A stretch of 64,000 nt of DNA from Anthoceros angustus. Its lineage: Eukaryota; Plantae; Anthocerotophyta. Below the pieces are notes generated by a model. That model did not search any database and had not been told where the DNA came from. It saw nothing but the letters and a program-made list of their open reading frames with translations. The stretch is from the NCBI GenBank assembly GCA_010909165.1, contig MU008170.1:744001-808000 (forward strand), in the 5' to 3' direction. Positions within the stretch are counted from its first letter, which is position 1, and each line of letters starts with the position of its first letter. Positions 59,251 through 64,000 of the stretch are shown here, piece by piece. A program made the translations under genes and the position numbers.

Positions 59251-59599
59251 ATTGTATTGCGACGTAGGGGGTCCATATGCATACATGCATGCTATGCTTG
59301 TAGCCTAGTTCCCTAGCTTCACATGCATAGATGCATGCTATATTGGCGCAACATATGGTTGGTTATTTATGTTCCAAGTAATCTTATGGAAAATATTTTC
59401 TAATTTAAAAAACTTTCTAAATTAGTTAGGCAATGTAGATCCTATATAAAGGTGAGGGCAATGGTGAATAGTTGCAAGAGAATATTATTTATGCTGCTCT
59501 AGCTTCTCTTGCCTTCTCTGCGCTTTGCACATCATTAAAGGCTCAAGTGAAGTAGCCTTCCTCCTTATCATTAAAGCAACGAGGATGGACAAAACAAAG

Positions 59600-60140
59600 A
59601 TGGCGATTAATAAATTAATGAAGTGCGCTCACACTAAAAGAATAGAAAATGATCTTGAAGGAGCAAAAACTTGTTACTTCAAGCACAAAAACTTTTCCCA
59701 AGTATCTATTCGTGAAGACAACACTTTCCTTGTTTGTCGTTAATACATGGCACGTCCATGTCCATGTTTCCCTCTTCGTGCGAGGCGTAAATAGTGCACG
59801 AGAACTAAACACACTAATTGTTCCTTATAATCGTGAATGAACGATATTACTTACCTCCTCGCCATCTTGGAGGTGGAAATTGCAACAAAACAAAATAAAT
59901 TATCCTTGGGTTCATCAGGTCCCATGTATAACTGGTACGGGCTTCTCCAAGTTGATCCACTTGCGGATCGAATACCATTAAAAAAGGTACAAGAACCTAG
60001 CTTTCTTTGCTACATCCCGACAAGAACAAAGAAGATGGAGCTGCGAATGCTTTCCAACTAATTTTAGAAGCACAAACTATTCTTTTGGATAAAGGTGCGA
60101 GAGATTTTGATACTCAAATCCAAAAATCTCGCATGTCATA
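59600..60140 (+). pseudogene. DnaJ (J-domain) gene fragment, plant DUF3444-associated type
   Basis: NDLEGAK, (shift) AQKLFPS, LLAILEV, NWYGLLQVDPLAD, (shift) LLHPDKNKEDGAANAFQLILEAQTILLD. These match the family pattern DFxGAK..KAQ.L.P / DWYGILQV / HPDKN..GA..AF..I.EA..IL.D. Confidence 0.8.
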
Positions 60141-62511
60141 CAAGGCGATGAGGAACTACTACGCAAGCGTTCCACAATAAAACTTCTTGCAAGGAGCATA
60201 ATAATTTGCTGAAAAACTTAAAAAATTCAAAACAGCAAAATGAGTTCTACCAACGACGTAATCATAACGCTCCAACTCCAAGTTTTGACGAAGTTCAAAA
60301 TTATTATTCTAAACAAAATCGGATAAACAATATTGTGATGAAGAGTATTAAAGTGCCACCGGATGCTACATGCATATAAATATAAAACTTCTTTAACATA
60401 ACATGACATGCCCCATGATGCGGTGAGCTCTTTGTTTTTCTTTATACATAGTTTTATATGAGCGTTGTGAATTTGAGCTACATTAATAAAACATGTTTTT
60501 GTGTGAAAACTATGCATTATACTTGAAGAAAAATCATACGGTTTTCACTTACATATAATGTTAGAAAAATGTGCCTTTTGCAAGGACCTCTCACCACACA
60601 AACACTCAAACTTCTCGGGCACTACAACTCCTATGTTATGCTCATGCAAAACAAGATACACTCATTCCAAAATGCATTTCGATGTGACCTCTTCGCCTTG
60701 CCTCGTAGTTACTACTTCTTTGGGGGTTAAATTTGTGCTTGCGTTATAGTAGCCCGCCGCAATTCAAGGGTGGCGGTTCCGTGGCTGGTTCCACTCCACC
60801 TCCTCTTCTCCTTTGAGTGTCCTCCACATCCACCTCCACGTTTGCCTCGTCTTTATGCTCTTCAACCGATAATTTTTGCAATCCAGCTCATCGTCCACCC
60901 ACCTTCCTCACGGGAAGATGAAAAGTCCAACAATTTGTTGGAACATGCCGGCAATTCCCCTCCTCCCTTCCTCACCAATGCGAGCTTGCGGCTCCTGGTT
61001 TGAGGGTATCTTTGCCTCCAAGCTCGCTCCTATCCGCTGTGATTCTACAATTCCTTGCGCTCCTACACCGGGTTCTTTTGGGGGTTTGTAATTTCTCGTG
61101 CGCGTGCCTTGCTGGGATCTGCGATTTCTTGGTGCTCTTGTCCTCTCCTCCTAGATTGAAGTTGCCTTAGCCGAGTGTGCCTTCCCCTCTTGCTCTTCCT
61201 CCCGTGCTCCTTCCGCCTTCCTCCCTACCGCTTCTCGAACGGTTTTGGAATCAAAATTGCGGTTGCAGGCTTAAATGGTGTGTTCCGTTGTTCCTCACGA
61301 TTCCTTGGCTCGTGCAGCCTCTTCCTCTGGTGCCTCTCCTTTGCAGTGTGCCTTGCGAGCTCACGTGAAACCCAGCGTATGGGTGGCGCGGCGGTGAGCC
61401 ATGTGTATGAAGCTTGCCAAGGCGTCTTGCACCAACTCCGGACCCTAGCTTCTCTTGCCCGCTTGAGCTCGCTTCTTGCTCCTCGACCTTCTTCAACAAT
61501 TTTGCCTTGTTTGCCTCGCCACTTTTACCTTGTCCCATAGCGTGTCGCCCTTCTTCTTGCTTGCCATGGTGCGCCTCCACATTGTCCAAGATTGCTTTGT
61601 GACCCAAGAAAACCGTTGCGAATGTTGTCCACGCTCCTCCTCGCGTCGGTTCTCTCGACTTGAAACCCGGCCGTGTCTCGGTTTTAAAGCACTTCATCTT
61701 GTAGGTACTTTGCACAATCTCCTTCTTACATACAATCTTTGGCATACAAAAGCTTTGGTCCTTGTTTCTTCCTAGCCTTCATCACCCCACACATGCCTCT
61801 AACTTTTCATTGTTGCATCACCTCAACGCCCCACATTGTCCAAGATTGCTTTGTGACCCAAGAAAACCGTTGCGAATGTTGTCCACGCTCCTCCCTCGCG
61901 TCTCAACGACTTCGCGACTTGAAACCCGGCCGTGTCTCGGTTTTAAAGCACTTCATCTTGTAGGTACTTTGCACAATCTCCTTCTTACATACAATCTTTG
62001 GCATACAAAAGCTTTGGTCCTTGTTTCTTCCTAGCCTTCATCACCCCACACATGCCTCTAACTTTTCATTGTTGCATCACCTCAACGCCTCTGTATCGCC
62101 ACATTGAGATTTCGTAAAGTTTTCAAACATAGAATGTTGCTCAACTAAACTCACTTTCCTTCGCCAAAACTTTTGCCTTGTTAGTCTAACAAGAAATTCA
62201 ATTGCCTTCTATTCCCTTATCCTTTGAGTGGCCCATACACTATGTATAAAGTTTTACGTTGGTACCAAAGTTCACCCTTGTCCATTCCTCATGATTCCTT
62301 CTTCTTTACGCTAAGATTCTCGCCACCTTTCATAAAGCCTCTCAATGTCGGGCTGATTCCAATAAAATTAGACGTGGCTTGTCAATGACTCATGAAGTCA
62401 CGACACATGCGCGTGTCCACCTACGTGCATGTCGTAGGCCCACTCATTGGCCATGCGCACATATGGACTCCGCCGAGGCTCATTGGAGATGAGCACATAT
62501 GGGACATTGCC

Positions 62512-64000
62512 TCCATATGCATACATGCATGCTATGCTTGTAGCCTAGTTCTAGCTTCACATGCATAGATGCATGCTATATTGGCAACATATGGTTGGTT
62601 ATTTATGTTCCAAGTAATCTTATGGAAAATATTTTCTAATTTAAAAACTTTCTAAATTAGTTAGGCAATGTAGGTCCTATATAAAGGTGAGGGCAATGGT
62701 GAATAGTTGCAAGAGAATACTATTTATGCTCTAGCTTCTCTTGCCTTCTCTGCGCTTTGCACATCATTAAAGGCTCAAGTGAAGTAGCCTTCCTCCTTAT
62801 CATTAAACGAGGATGGACAAAACAAAGATGGCGATTAATAAATTAATGAAGTGCGCTCACACTAAAAGAATAGAAAATGATCTTGAAGGAGCAAAAACTT
62901 GTTACTTCAAGCACAAAAACTTTTCCCAAGTATCTATTCGGTGAAGACAACACTTTCCTTGTTTAAATTTAATCACGTCCATGTCCATGTTTCCCTCTTC
63001 GTAGACGTAAATAGTGCACGTAGAACTAAACACACTAATTGTTCCTAATAATCGGGAATGAAGCGATATTACTTACCTCCTTGCCATCTTGGAGGTGGAA
63101 ATTGCAGCAAAACAAAATAAATTATCCTTGGGTTCATCAGTCCCATGTATAAGCGTGCAGGCTTAAATGGTGTGTTCCGTTGTTCCCTCAGATTCCTTGG
63201 CTCGTGCAGCCTCTTCCTGGTGCCTCTCCTTTGCAGTGCCTTGCGAGAGCTCATTGGTGAAACCCAGCGTATGGGTGGCGGCGGTGAGCCATGTGTTAAG
63301 CTTGCCAAGGCGTCTTGCAGACCCAACTCCGGACCCTAGCTTCTCTTGCCGCTTGAGCTCACGCTTCTTGCTCGACCTTCTTCAACAATTTTGCCTTGTT
63401 TGCCTCGCCACTTTTACCTTGTCCCATAGCGTGTCGCCCTTCTTCTTGCCATGGATGGCGCTCCCACATTGTCCAAGATTGCTTTGTGACCCAAGAAAAC
63501 CGTTGCGAATGTTGTCCACCTCCCTCGCGTCTTGGTTCTCGCTCAACGACTTCGACTTGAAACCCCGGTGTCTGGTTTTAAAGCACTTCATCTTGTAGGT
63601 ACTTTGCACAATCTCCTTCTTACATACAATCTTTGGCATATGGCTTTGGTCCTTGTTTCTTCCTAGCCTTCATCACCCCACACATGCCTCTAACTTTTCA
63701 TTGTTGCATCACCTCAACGCCTGTATGCCACATTGAGATTTCGTAAAGTTTTCAAACATAGAATGTTGCTCAACTAAACTCACTTTCCTTCGCCAAAACT
63801 TTTGCCTTGTTAGTCTAACAAGAAATTCAATTGCCTTCTATTCTTATCCTTTGAGTGGCCCATACACTATGTATAAAGTTTTACATCGTTCGTGCAAAGT
63901 TCACCCTTGTCCATTCCTCATGATTCCTTCTTCTTTACGCTAAGATTCACGCCACCTTTCATAAAGCCTCTCAATGTGGGCTGATTCCAATAAAATTAGG
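62512..64000. repeat. Duplicate of 59272-59931 fused to a duplicate of ~61263-62400; also a ~255-bp tandem repeat at 61580-62090
   Basis: Near-identical sequence with small indels. Confidence 0.88.

Overview
Eukaryotic (land-plant) nuclear DNA, not prokaryotic. Genes are compact and GC-rich with mostly ~80-140 nt GT-AG introns. A PLS-PPR gene with a KP/HAE/GRP-type DYW domain and a nuclear-located mitochondrial rps1 suggest a hornwort (Anthoceros-like) or another seed-free plant; this is inference. Recognisable genes in order: an F-box-associated-like ORF, nuclear mitochondrial Rps1, CDC5 (minus strand, with partial duplicates), a divergent SLC4/BOR anion transporter, a bacterial-like SDR with two introns, a PPR-E-DYW:KP editing factor carrying an OSB-type PDF motif (minus), MCA1-like, glyoxal/galactose oxidase (GLOX), a DUF1517/FLAP1-like gene, an Smr-domain gene and an 11-exon GPI-anchored periplasmic-binding-protein (CBA1-like) gene. 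Relics include Copia and Harbinger fragments, a degenerate group II intron RT with one domain amplified four times (present twice), and a DnaJ pseudogene. Large parts (8.5-18.6 kb, 30.7-36.2 kb, 39.6-47 kb, 59-64 kb) are near-identical duplicated or scrambled segments that differ by small indels and, in the 41-47 kb block, are joined at ~9-10 bp microhomologies. These, and many frameshifts, may be assembly or consensus artefacts. All family assignments are from recalled motifs; no database search was run.
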